Origin: Camelus ferus
Lineage: Eukaryota
Direction of reading: 5' to 3'
Length of the DNA stretch: 64,000 bases
Assembly: GCF_009834535.1 (NCBI RefSeq)
Contig: NC_045697.1
Location: 78,494,001-78,558,000 of the forward strand
Under the pieces are notes generated by a model. The model did not search any database. It was not told the origin of the DNA and saw only the letters and a program-made list of their open reading frames with translations. The translations under genes and the position numbers were made by a program. The stretch's first letter is position 1; each line of letters opens with the position of its first letter. Of this stretch, positions 14,015-26,510 are shown piece after piece.

Positions 14015-16065
14015 CATGGAAACAAGAAAACATTAGACAGTCATTAAGAATGACACAAAATATTTAAAGGAAAATTTAGTTCATGAGTTAAGTAGATTAC
14101 AATATACAGTGATATTTATTTATCCATATGTATTTATCATATAGTATATGCTTACATTATCTATGTGTATTACAAAGATCAATTTGATCTTCATAGAATT
14201 ACACTAATTCACTTCTTAAAAATGCATTACAGTTATGTCCTAGCCTCTAAATTTAAAATAATTTACATTACATATCCTGAGCTTAAAAACCTTCATCAAG
14301 TTTGTACTAGATTCAAGGTTCCAACAGTAAGCGTAGGATAAAGTGACAGCCATGTTCTTTCCGTAAAACTGTTCCTTGGACTTTACTGCACTTAAGTTTT
14401 CACTCATTTGCCACAACATATTTGAAATTAGGGTTTTTTTAAATCCATTTTGTCTTTGAGAGACAAAAATCAAATTCCCTAAAGCAAATTCTCTCCAGTT
14501 TTTAGAATGATATTGTCTTAAATTATTGTGGACAGATTTTAATACTACATGTTTATTATATTACATTTGATTTGTTCCCACAAGGAAAATTAAATCTGGA
14601 AATAATTTTAAACCACGTATCAGAAGGAAGCTACTAATCTAGGTCTGAATTCTGAGTTAAAAAAATGAAAAACTCATGTTAAAAAAAGAGTTCTTATCAC
14701 TGAATATCAGCACTACACTTGCCAAATTTAACTTTCCTTTAAAAAATTTTTTTGTTAAAGGAAAATGTGAACAGACATCTCAGTTTGCTTGAAAAGTCCC
14801 ATTATATCAATTTTTCTGGTATGATTACTAATAGCATCCTTTTTCACTTTCATAAGTGTCCCAGCTTGGATGATAAATTATGTGGTCACCTGAGTTCAGT
14901 AGAGCCACTGTTCTCACCACTTAACCACTGGATGTGCAAAAAAGTTCTGGAGACTTTATAATCTGATCAGATGAGCGTATGAGCCGGCTGATAGAATTTG
15001 TGATTATTTATTATCTAAATTACTGTCTTAACTTACGAGTTTACTAGTTCAGTCAAGTAAATTCATTCTAAAAATAAAGAAGCAGAAACTGGTGAAAGAA
15101 TTCCAGATTTTGCCTACTCTGTTAAATGTACTATTTATAACATACATATTATCTCAGGAGAAATTTGTTCCTGCTCTAATCTCCTACATTTCCCTTAGAA
15201 GTACTCCCCTACTTGCTGTGTTTTTTGGTGGGTTTGTTTCTTTGCCTGTTCTGATTTGTTTTATATTGACTCAGAGACAACTAATATGGTGACTTTAATG
15301 ATATTAGGGTTGGGAAATTTAAAAGAGTGACTTTGAGGTTATTTCTGCTTTCTTCTCTGCCATTTCTCTCTGAGGGAATAAATCCCAGGTGGACAATAAA
15401 ATTAAATGAAGTCAGAAAAGAGAGAGGATAAGGAGAACATACTGAATGAAAAAATACCCAATATTTTAAAAATTACTGTTCTACCCCACATTTTTTTCTT
15501 GTAAATACTTTATCACTAGGCATAACAAATATTTAGGGACAGACGTTGAAAAAAAGAAAGCACAAAATAAATTGTATTTAAAGAAAAAAACACTCTAGCC
15601 ATAAAATACCTGAAAAGAATAGTTTTTTGGTAATGAGATTTTTGTTTTCATTGAAAAAGGCATTGCTATGATGCCTCGTCACAAAATGTACTTATAATAA
15701 ATATTCAATTTATTATTATGAGGTCACAGCTAAAGCATAATGTTTGCCTTCATGAATGTGCTAGTCAAGATCTTTTGGCTACAAGAAACAAAAAATCCTT
15801 GCAAGGTTTTATTAAAAAAATAATTTTGCTATTAATTCCCACTCCTTATCTTCCATCCTCTGTTTTAGATATTTCATCTTTCGACTAAGATAGACCATCA
15901 CGCAAGCTGTCTAATTACTCTTATTTGGATCTCCTCATGGAACTAGTTTTAATTCATTATACTTTGGTAGTTTGAATTCTATTATGAGAGATAGATCTAT
16001 GAAACCTCATAATGTTCTGTAGTACTTTTATAAAAATGATATTCATAGATATTTTTCATATTTCT

Positions 16066-16140
16066 ATTTATATGACTGAAACATTACTCTGTACACCAGA
16101 AATCGACACATTGTATCTAACTATACTTCAATAATAATAC
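16066..16140 (+). mobile_element. Short lineage-specific L1 3'-end fragment
   Basis: tatgactgaa..tgtacaccagaaatcgacacattgta..ctatacttcaata matches the L1 3' ends at ~38900 and ~31380. Confidence 0.75.
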
Positions 16141-16843
16141 GAAAAATGAATTAGAAACAAATTTAAAGTAGCATCACACACACGCACACAAAGCTATTCA
16201 TCATGAAACCTTTACTTCACTCCGTGACATATTTGTGATCTCAGCACTAAGAAAAGTCACTCTATAGATCTGGTGTCGTATTTTAATTCATGTTTTATTC
16301 TGTTTTGGTCTGTAGGATGTTCATAGGCAGATATACAGAAATGTATACCTGTATACATGTAGTAACCTTGCCCTTTATTTCACTTAACTTTTCCTACCAT
16401 TATTTTTCCTGTTTCCTAACGTTCTTATTTTTCTTTATCCTGCTATGTATACATTCTTCTGTAAGTTGCCACAAAAAAATTCATTTTTAAAATGAAGCAA
16501 GTTTTAAGTATTGTGATATCTTGCACTTTAAAAATACATATTTAAATTATGGAAAATAATGTTTCCTATTAATTCTTTAAAATAAGAACTTTTAAATGAT
16601 AATGCACTTTTAAAAGATAAAATTAAATATTTCAGAAAAAGAGGGAAAGAGTATGTTGATTGTGATATTTGCTCAACTTCATTTCATTTCGTATTTCTTT
16701 TTTCAGATTTTTGGCCATTATTTACATAATGTATACTACTTATTTGTATGAGACTATATATTGTATTATTTATATTCATCATATACATTGCATACATTTA
16801 TCTTTTAAAATATCAAATTTTTTAAAGTAAAGAAGTAATACTG

Positions 16844-18452
16844 TCTTCTTCTGTTGATTTATCGTTAGTGTAAAGAAATGCAACTGATTTTTGAACGTTA
16901 ATTTTGTAACCTGCTACCTTGCTGAATTCTTCAATCAGCTCTAGTAGCTTTTGTGTGGCCCTTTTAGGGTTTTCTATATATAGTAACATGTCATCAGCAT
17001 ATAATGACACTTTTACCTCTTCTTTTCCAATTTGGATCCCTTTTATTTCTTTCTCTTGCCTGACTGCTGTGGCTAGGACTTCCAGGACTATGTTGAATAG
17101 GAGTGGTGATAGTGGGCATCCTTGTCTTGTCCCAGATTTTAGTGGGAAGCTTTTGAGTTTTTCACCGTTGAGTACTATGCTGGCTGTAGGTTTGTCATAT
17201 ATAGCTTTTATTATGTTGAGATATATTCCCTCTATACCCACTTTGACGAGAGTTTTTATCATAAATGGGTGTTGAATTTTATCAAATGCTTTTTCTGCAT
17301 CGATTGAGATGATCATGTGGTTTTTGTCCTTTCTCTTGTTGATGTGATGTATTACATTGATTGATTTGCGTATGTTGAACCAGCCTTGTGTCCCTGGGAT
17401 GAACCCCACTTGGTTATGATGTATAATCTTTTTTATGTGTTGTTGGATTCTATTTGCTATAATTTTGGTGAGGATTTTGGCGTCTATGTTCATCAGTGAT
17501 ATTGGCCTATGAATCTCTTTTTTTGTAGTGTCTTTGCCTGGTTTTGGTATCAGGGTGATGGTGGCTTCATAAAATGAGTTTGGGAGTATGCCCTCCTTTT
17601 CAATCGTCTGGAAGAGTTTGAGAAGGACTGGTATGAGTTCTTCTTTGTATGTTGGGTAGAATTCCCCAGTGAAGCCGTCCGGTCCTGGACTTTTATTTGT
17701 AGGGAGGTTTTTAATTGCTATTTCTATTTCCTTTCTAGTGATCGGATTGTTCAAGTGTTCACATTCTTCTTGATTCAGTCTTGGTGGACAGTATGTTTCC
17801 AGAAACTTGTCCATCTCCTCTAGGTTATCCAGTTTGGTTCCATATAGTTTTTCATAATATTCTCGTATGATATTCTGTATTTCTATTTTGTTGTAACTTC
17901 TCCATTTTCCTTTCTTACTTTGCTAATTTGTGCTCTTTCTTTTTTCTTCTTTGTGAGTTTGGCCAGAGGTTTGTCAATTTTATTTACTTTTTCAAAAAAC
18001 CAGCTTTTGGTTTGGTTGATTTTCTCTATGGTCGTGTTAATCTCTATTGTATTTAATTCCTCTCTTATCTTTATTATTTCCTTCCTTCTGCTGCTTTTTG
18101 GGGCTTTTTGTTCTTCTTTTTCTAATTCATTCAGGTGGTGGGTTAAATTGTTTATTTGAGATTGTTCTTCTTTTTTGAGGAAGGCCTGTATTGCTATAAA
18201 CTTCCCTCTTAGCACTGCCTTTGCTGTGTCCCATAGGTTTTGGGTGGTTGTGCTTTATTATCATTTGTCTCAAGGTATTTTTTAATTTCAGCTTTGATTT
18301 CCTCATTGACCCATTGTTTTTTCAATAACATATTGTTTAATCTCCATGCTTTCCTTTTTTTCTCCTTTGTTTCTCTGTTGTTGATTTCCAGTTTCATGGC
18401 ATTGTGGTCAGTAAAGATGCTTGAGATAATTTCTATCTTCTTAAAATTGTTG
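16844..18452 (-). pseudogene. Inverted L1 ORF2 segment (end of endonuclease, linker/Z region, reverse transcriptase), frameshifted
   Basis: Motifs IFTDHNAMKLEI (EN), [32 protein letters not shown] and YADD; split over ORFs 18209-18490, 17883-18215 and 16822-17814 by frameshifts near 18255 and 17885. Confidence 0.95.
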
Positions 18453-19516
18453 GTCAACTCATCTTCGACAAAGGAGGCAAGAATATACAATGGAATAAAG
18501 ACAGTCTCTTCAGCAAATGGTGTTGGGAAAACTGGACAGCAGCATGTAAAACAATGAAGCTAGAACACTCCCTTACACCATATACAAAAATCAACTCAAA
18601 ATGGATTAAAGACTTAAACATGAGACAAGATACAATAAACCTCCTAGAGGGAAACATAGGCAAAACATTATCTGACATACATTTCAAAAATTTTCTCCTA
18701 GAAGAAATAAAAGCAAGAATAAACAAATGGGACCTAATGAAACTTATAAGCTTCTGCACAGCAAAGGAAACCAGAAGTAAAACGAGAAGAAAACCTACGG
18801 AATGGGAGAAAATTTTTGCAAGTGAAACCGACAAAGGCTTGATCTCCAGAATATATAAGCAGCTCATACGACTCAATAAGAAAAAAATAAACAACCCAAT
18901 CCAAAAATGGGCAGAAGACCTAAACAAGCAATTCTCCAAGGAAGACATACAAATGATCAAAAAGCACATGAAAAAATGCTCAATATCACTAATTATCAGA
19001 GAAATGCAAATCAAAACTACAATGAGGTATCATCTCACACCAGTCAGAATGGCCGTCATTCAAAAATCCACAAATGACAAATGCTGGAGAGGCTGTGGAG
19101 AAAGGGGAACCCTCCTACACTGCTGGTGGGAATGCAGTTTGGTGCAGCCACTATGGAAAACAGTGTGGAGATTCCTCAAAAGACTAGGAATAGACTTACC
19201 ATATGACCCAGGAATCCCACTCCTGGGCTTGTATCCAGAAGGAAATCTACTTCAGGATGACACCTGCACCCCAATGTTCATAGCAGCACTATTTACAATA
19301 GCCAAAACATGGAAACAGCCTAAATGTCCACCAACAGGTGACGGGATAAAGAAGAAGTGGTATATTTATACAATGGAATACTACTCAGCCATAAAAACCG
19401 ACAACATAATGCCATTTGCAGCAACATGGATGCTCCTGGAGAATGTCATTCTAAGTGAAGTAAGCCAGAAAGAGAAAGAAAAATACCATATGAGATCGCT
19501 CATATGTGGAATCTAA
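18451..19516 (+). pseudogene. L1 ORF2 C-terminal portion including the Cys-rich domain
   Basis: [21 protein letters not shown] continues into ORF 18554-19516 with [18 protein letters not shown], ending HMRSLICGI*. Confidence 0.95.
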
Positions 19517-19568
19517 AAAACAAAAACAAAAACAAACAAACAAAACAAACAAAACAAACAAAAACAAA
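19515..19568 (+). repeat. (AAAC)n/(AAAAC)n microsatellite in the L1 3' UTR
   Basis: Seen directly after the ORF2 stop codon. Confidence 0.9.
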
Positions 19569-19624
19569 GTGTAAATACAGGACAGAAATAGACTCACAGA
19601 CAGAATACAGACTTGTGGTTGCCA

Positions 19625-19646
19625 GGGGGGTGGAGGGTGGGAAGGG
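19625..19646 (+). other. Canonical G-quadruplex motif in the L1 3' UTR
   Basis: gggggg-tgga-ggg-t-ggg-aa-ggg; G-rich tracts are an established feature of L1 3' UTRs. Confidence 0.7.
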
Positions 19647-20989
19647 ATAGCCTGGGATTTCAAAATTGTAGAATAGATAAACAAGATTACACTGTATAGC
19701 ACAGGGAAATATACACAAAATGTTATGATAACTCACAGAGAAAAAAATGTGACAATGAGTGTGTATATGTCCATGAATGACTGAAAAATTGTGCTGAACA
19801 CTGGAATTTGACACAACATTGTAAAATGATTATAAATCAATAAAAAATGTTAAAAAAAAAGAAGTAATACTGAAGTTTTATAGAACTAATTTAGTCACTG
19901 TATAAATTATTATACCTTTACCAGGAAACACTTGTAGCAAAAAGGTGGGTTTTACTATTTTTGCTGTAGACCATAAGTAGCATTCCACACTGAGACATAT
20001 TCAACAGCTGTCTCATGCTAGGAAAGCCTATGCATTATAATCTCTGCCAGCTGGAAGGTAACAAGGGGAAAAAATACGTATAAGAATAAACACATATTTC
20101 ATGTTTACATATCTTTCATCTTTGGGGTTTTCAAGAGAAGGCACTGCTACTATTTCAAACACTAGAATGACGACTATCAGCATAACTTACTTTGGAGTCA
20201 TTCCTGTCATCGTGGCTTCTGCCGCCCCGTTTAAAATGCCTTCCTTGTTATCTCCTCATCTCAACTGGACCCTCGATATGAGACTCTTCAGAGAGGTCAA
20301 AATTTAATAAACATGAAATTGAACTCTCAGTAATTCTAAAGTAAGCAACTCATGATGACGGCCACAATGGCCAGTGCCCACACAATTCATTCTGACAGAG
20401 TGGTTTACAATCACAAATAAGCACGGGAATAGTGCATTTGCCAATAAGGGATCTGATACTCCTGATCTTTCCAAAGGTGTTAATGTAACGTGCTTGGGTC
20501 ACTGCTTAGCGGAACAAAAGGAGAACAGAGCTTGCCTCTTGCTGTGGTGGCTAACACTGGCCACACTTTGATGCAAAGCACACATTAGAAGTCTGCTTAC
20601 CAAGCAGTAACTTGAAAAGAAAGTCTTATTTGAAGATGAATTCTCAGGAAATCATATGTCTCATAGAAAGGTCTGAACATCTAGACTTCTTTATGCACAG
20701 CAAGAGGGTATCTGAATGCGGTGGTAGTCACAACATTATTGACAATCACCTCTGTAGTCCAGCACATCCTACTGGATTATGATCAGTGTCAATAACAACA
20801 TCTTAAAAAACATCAAGATATGGTAGTTCACGCACAGATACACATTATTCATCAATAATCTGTATTAATCTTCTCCTGGAACTCCTAAATATTCAAAAAC
20901 AGCCCAGTGAGGATTATTTTATCATTCCCATTTTAAAGATAAAGAAAATTGACTTTAATAAGCATTAAGTTAGTAGCCCCAAACCCCAC

Positions 20990-22230
20990 ATCTGAAAAAC
21001 CACAGACTTAAAGATGCTTGAAGAACTAAGGGAAGACATGGACAAAGTCAAGAAAGCAATATATGGACAAAAGGCAAACATCCATAGATAGAAAATTTTT
21101 AAAAAAAACCAAAAGAAAATTCTGGAGCTGAAAATTACAATAACTGAAATAAAAACTTTATTAGCAAAATTCAAAAGCAGATTTCAATAGGCAGAAGAAA
21201 TCATGATGACTTGAAGATAGAAAGAGAAATGGAAATTATTGGGTCTGAGGAATGGAAAGACAGAAGTTTGAAGAAAAGTGAACAAACCCTAAGTGACCTG
21301 TGGGACACCATCAAACACACTACATGCATCATGGAAGTTCAGAAGGAGAAGAGTAAGAACATGGCGGAGAAAATACGTGAAGAAGTAAAAGCAGAAAATT
21401 TTACATATTTAGTAAAAAATGAGTATAAAGATCCAAATATATTCATGAATCTCCAAGTAGAATGAACTCAGAGGCTCAAACTGAGATATTATAATCTAAC
21501 TATTGGAAGTAAAAGACAAAGAGAAAATTAAAAAAAAATTATTGAAGTATTGTTGATTTAGGGAAAATCTTGAAAACATTAAGAGAAGAGCAACTCACCA
21601 CATCAAAGTGATCCTTAAGATTTTCAGCAGATTTCTCATTAGAAATTTGGAAAACCAGAAGGCAGTGAGCTGATATGTTTAAAATACATGCAAACAAATC
21701 AAACCTGTCAACCCAAAAGCCTATTTTTGGCAAAACTGTCCTTCAAAAGTGAGAAAGAAATGAAGAGATTTCCAGATAAACAAGAGCAGAGAGAGTTCAC
21801 TATCATTAGACATATCAAGAAATGCTGAAGGTATCTCTATAGGTTGAAGTGAAAGGACACTAGACAGTAACTCAAAGCTGGGTGAAGAAATACAAATCAC
21901 AGTAAAGGCAAATACATGGACAGCTATGAAAGCTTGTTATAGTAGAGCTGGTTGGTAACTCCATATTTTCTCTTTTATATAATTTTCTATGATATTTCAG
22001 TTAAGATGTATAAGTTCAATCAGAACGTTATAACTAGGATGTAAAATCACTACCACAAAGAACACAGCTATAGGATATACACAAAAAGAAATGAGAATGA
22101 AATCAAACCATTACACTACAAAAAAATCAACTAAACCCAAAGGGAAATAGTAATGCAGGAAATGAGGGACAAAAAAAGCTACAAGGCATATTGAACAAAA
22201 AAAGGAAAAGACAAAAGAAAGACATTGCAT
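20990..22230 (+). mobile_element. Old L1 (L1M-type) ORF1 and inter-ORF region, degraded
   Basis: ORF 21211-21465 'KKSEQTLSDLWDTIKH' resembles ORF1p; also aaagacaaagagaaaat, gcagatttctcattagaaa and gcaaaactgtccttcaaaagtga ORF1 motifs. Confidence 0.85.
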
Positions 22231-22259
22231 ATAAATACATAGAGCTTTCTCTCTACTTC

Positions 22260-22455
22260 AAGCATTTTAATGGGGGCAGTATCATCCTCAAAGTTGTGAA
22301 AACTGCTTTTGAGGGGCAGAAACATCTTTAATACATAAATAGATATATATGGTGTATTTGTGTTACTAAATGCCAAGCAGAGGGAGATTTAAAAAAAAAT
22401 TGTCTGAAAAAGACTCCTTCTGGGGCAATAATGTAAACAAGTTTGAGAAACACTG
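22260..22455. mobile_element. hAT-Charlie MITE remnant (MER112-like)
   Basis: Ends in ttgagaaacactg (Charlie TIR cagtgtttctcaa, reverse complement); internal gggggcagtatcatcctcaaag..gaaaa motif. Confidence 0.55.
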
Positions 22456-23379
22456 TTTTCCTCTAAATTTTTGGTGACTTCATTTTCTCCATCTTATGTG
22501 GGGTTGGGGTGGTTTATCCATTATCCAAGGAGACGTTTTGTAATATAAGGTAGGAAAATTCTCAGATACAAACTGTGTACAATTGAGGTGATTCACAGCT
22601 CTGATCAAAGTTCCAAGCACACATTTGAAGTGTGAAATAATCCCTTCCACATATCCACATTGTATACCTTGATACAATGTGTCTTTATTTCAAAAAGGAA
22701 AATTTTGAAAGATAAATACATTTAAAATAATTTTTTTTAAAGACTCTATTCTTATGTTGCAGTTACATGCAGGCAACTTCCACTCATCAGTCCTGGGGCC
22801 TCCCCACTTTACTCATCTTTTTATCTTTGGAAAAATCGCTTTTTTCCCCTGTTGAACTTCAAGGTGTAAGCTCCTTGGCTTCCAGCCAGTGTTTCTAATG
22901 TCTTGGGCCACATCACACCATTGTCTGGCCTGCGTTCTCTTTCAAGGGAGATTTCTAAAATTATTTGTGGTTATCTCACATTGGAAGATAAGCAAAAGAT
23001 GGAAGTGTCTGTTTTAGATGAACTGAAACTACCTCACTTAAAAAAAAAAAAACAAGCAAAAGTTTAACATGTTGTATTAATCAGCAAGACTGCTGCAAAA
23101 CGTTTTAATTTCTGGTATTTCTGAACTTTGTCTCCCTAGGCAAAGTAGAATAGATGAGCCAATCACAATAAGGTCTCCACTTTTAATTAATGTGTCTGAT
23201 GTATAAATAAGACACCAGCATGAAGTTTCTGCATCTGAGGTAACAACCTGGGGGAAGAAGGAAATTTGAGGACCAGGACCTGCCTTCAAACTGCTCGTGC
23301 CAAGGAATAAGCAGAGGGTGGAAAGGGCATCACAGGGAACCTACTAGTCCCTGGTCAAGTTGCGACCTGTAGAAAGGAT

Positions 23380-23405
23380 GCTCTGAGATTCAGCTCTGAG
23401 ATTCA
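23380..23405. repeat. 13-bp perfect tandem duplication
   Basis: gctctgagattca x2. Confidence 0.9.
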
Positions 23406-24479
23406 GATTCTTCTGATTTTCTCCTGGCAAAAGCCTTGGCAGAGCAAGAAATTCATTGGCCAGTCAGGATCATGTGATTTTGCATCCACTGTCCTCACCG
23501 TGTGGCTCTGGAGGGCATATCCCCAGATTATGATTCTATCCTTCCTTAGCAAAAGGGACGGGAGATTGAGCTGAAAGGGCTTCTGCCCATTACTCGTACT
23601 TTTTTGTCCACTGCATCTGATAGATGTATTACTTTTCCTTTACTTCTATTCTTTTTTGAAAGGCACATAAAATCTTTTTTGTGTAGGTTGAATAGAAATG
23701 TTCCTAATTCTTCCTGTTCATCCAGAGTCTGTCTTATATAACACTTCCTTTTTCTTCCCCTAACTGGGGAATCTAAGAATTAGAGAGATTTAGGGCTGAA
23801 AGTGCATGTCTGGTTCCCCAGAGCAAGAACTTCCCTTCTAATCCAAACTCTTCATGTTACAGAGGAGCGCAGGAAGATTGTTTTCCTGAAGATTCTACAG
23901 GTAGTTTCTCACAGGTCTCGAATCAGAATTTGGGCATACTGGTTCCCTGCCCAGCACTTTTTCCACGATGGTGAATGCCTCTCCATCAACTCCTCTTCCC
24001 CCTAGTTCTCCATCTGCACTTCCACCTTAATGTTGTTCCCATCTGGCCTTTCTTTCATTTTGTACGTCAACATCATTATCCTTAAAAAGCACTGCAAAGC
24101 TATTTCATTATTCATTGGGTATCTCTGCCTTTGTCACTCAGCTGAAGCTCTCCTCACCTTTTCCTGTCTCCATAAATTTCCCTTTTACATCATCACCCTA
24201 TCCCACACTTCCACATTTTTCTGACAAAAGTTATTAATAACACATGAATTGCCAAGACAACATTTCCTTCATAATCATTTAATTGAACTTGGCTTTGTGT
24301 TTGAAGTTCTTATCCCTTTTAAAAATCATTCATCAAATAGTTTGAGCTCCTGTTATTGTCCCAACCCTGCAGTAGACACTGGAGAGACAAAAGAAGACAC
24401 GCTTGCCATCGTTAGAGGTCCAAGTCTTTCTCCTGTTGATGCATCTTTCCTTTGTTCACTGTATTTACACCTGTTTCTA

Positions 24480-25085
24480 GGACTTTTTCACTATCACCTC
24501 TTCTTCTGGCAAGCTCTTAAATGTTGCTCTTGTCTTCAGGATTCTGTTTCAGTTTCTTTTTCTTCTCTGTTGATGGAAACCTCTCTGTGGGTCCTTAACT
24601 ATATTCCGAACCTATTAATCTGGATTTCCAAGTGTTTTTAGATACCCCTACCTCAAGATCGTGTGAGCACTCACATTCCACTGTCTGAAAATGAGCTCTT
24701 TATCTTGCTGGGCTCTCCACCCTTGCCTCCTCCTCTAGAGTTCCTTGTCTATTCTTAGATGATAATATTTGCCAAGATACTTAGAAAAACTCAGTGGATA
24801 TCTTTGATGTCTCGCTTTTCCTTCTCTTGTATATTATATGTGCAAATGGTCAGCAAGCTTTGCAGACACTACTTTCCAAATGTCCCTCAAGTGTGCCCCC
24901 TCCACCCTTGTTTCATTGCCCTTGCCCTGGATTAGGTCCTCATTGTCTTTCATCTGGGACCATAACAATAGCATCCTAGATGTATCCTGTCTCCCCCTCC
25001 CAGTCCATATTCCCCAGTGCTGCTGGAATCATCCTCCTAAAACATGGATTTAATTATGTGAGTTTTATATTTAATAATCCCCTAC
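24480..25085 (+). mobile_element. Degenerate L2 fragment
   Basis: ctgaaaatgagctctttatctt, tcatctgggaccataacaatagcatcct, ccagtccatattccccagtgctgctggaatcatcctcctaaaac. Confidence 0.65.
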
Positions 25086-25088
25086 ATA

Positions 25089-25695
25089 TTTTAAGTCTTT
25101 TTTTCCTTTTTGTATTCTTTTTCATTTTCATTATAGGTTACTATAATATATTGAATACAGTTCCCAGTACTATAAAGTATGAAATTGTTGTTTATTTATT
25201 TTCTATATAGTAGTTAGTATCTGCAAATCCAAAACTCCTAATTTATCCCTCCATCTCCTCCCTCCTTTCTCACTGGTAACCATAAATTTGTTTTCTATGT
25301 CTGTGAATCTGTTTCTGTTTTGTAAATAAGTTCATTTGTATCTTTTTTTTTAAGATTCCATACATAAGTGATATCATGTGGTATTTTTACTTCTCTTTCT
25401 GACTTACTTCACTTATAATGACAATCTCCAGGTCTATCCATGTTGCTGAAAATGGCATTATTTTATTCTTTTTTATGGCTGAGTAGTATTCCATTCTATA
25501 TTTATACTACAACTTCTTTAACCAGTCATTTTCAATGGACACTTAGGTTGTTTCCACTTCTTGGCTATTGTAAATAGTGCTGCTATGAACACTGAGGTGC
25601 ATGTATCTTTTCAAATTAGAGTTTCCTCCAGATCAATGCCCAGGAGTGGGACTGCTGGATCATATGGTAAAACTATTTTTAGTTTTTTAAGTCTT
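25089..25695 (-). mobile_element. 5'-truncated L1 3' end with an 11-bp TSD
   Basis: Antisense ORF2 end and 3' UTR (ggctgagtagtattccatt, gactgctggatcatatggtaa); direct repeat ttttaagtctt at 25089-25099 and 25685-25695. Confidence 0.9.
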
Positions 25696-26377
25696 GATTT
25701 TGTTTCTTGATTCAAAGAGGAGTAAAGATAGCTCACAGAAACATGTCAAAACAAAACATTATAAAATAAAGAATCTGAAGTGGAAGAAAAATAAAAAGAA
25801 GCAAGAGGTGGAGATCAAGCCCTCAAATCCTGTCTGTTTCCCATCGACAGACACAAATTTGACTTTGAGTTTTAGAACAGGCTGAGCAAAGATGAGAACA
25901 TGACTTTTAATAACTGTTTCTATACACATTTGCTTCTTCTGATGGATTGTTAAGTTCTTTGGGGAAAGATATGTATATTTTTGTTTGTTTAATTTTTGTA
26001 TTCCCCAGAAATTAGAGTTAGCACTTTCTGTCAAGAAATGCTGCCTCTCATTGAAATAAAAAGTACTGCCTTTTTAATATCTTGAAATTCGTATCATTCT
26101 CTATTTCTTGTCAGTGTTCATACAAGCGCTACTAAATATGGTGTGTAAAAAAATACAGAGCCTACAAACTTAATATATCATCTACTTAGCTCCAATCATA
26201 CATACACACGCAGACACACATGTACTCATACATACAACTACAGTTCAAACACTGATAAAAGTTTTTCACTTGAGTTTCCTCTTCATGCTTTATACATCAG
26301 CTGTTCTTTTTATAAATGGTTTTACCAGGTAACACAGTCTTTCTTAAGAGCCACATTATTTATTGAGAAACGCAATC

Positions 26378-26510
26378 AAGACTGCCAATCACGGGGGTAG
26401 GGTATAGCTCCGTGGTAGAGCACCTGCTTAGCATGCATGAGGTCTTATGTTCAATCCCCAGTATTTCCATTTAAAAAACAAATAAACCTAAAAATAAAGA
26501 CTGCCAATCA
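26378..26510 (+). mobile_element. tRNA-derived SINE (camelid Vic-1-like) with a 14-bp TSD
   Basis: A box tagctccgtgg, B box gttcaatcc, A-rich tail; TSD aagactgccaatca at 26378-26391 and 26497-26510. Confidence 0.92.

Larger units (their letters stand above)
16829..19872 (+). mobile_element. Young 5'-truncated, 5'-inverted (twin-primed) LINE-1 with a 15-bp TSD
   Basis: Perfect TSD aaagaagtaatactg at 16829-16843 and 19858-19872; antisense ORF2 at 16844-~18452; sense ORF2 C-terminus, 3' UTR, AATAAA and A-tail at ~18451-19860. Confidence 0.97.

Noticed and set aside
16919..19014. Long ORFs antisense to L1 ORF2 (e.g. 16919-17275 +, 18454-19014 -)
   Set aside because: These are shadow ORFs on the opposite strand of L1 ORF2, not independent genes.
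26392..26470. tRNA-like sequence with A and B boxes
   Set aside because: It has an A-rich tail, a TSD and several dispersed copies, so it is a SINE and not a tRNA gene.
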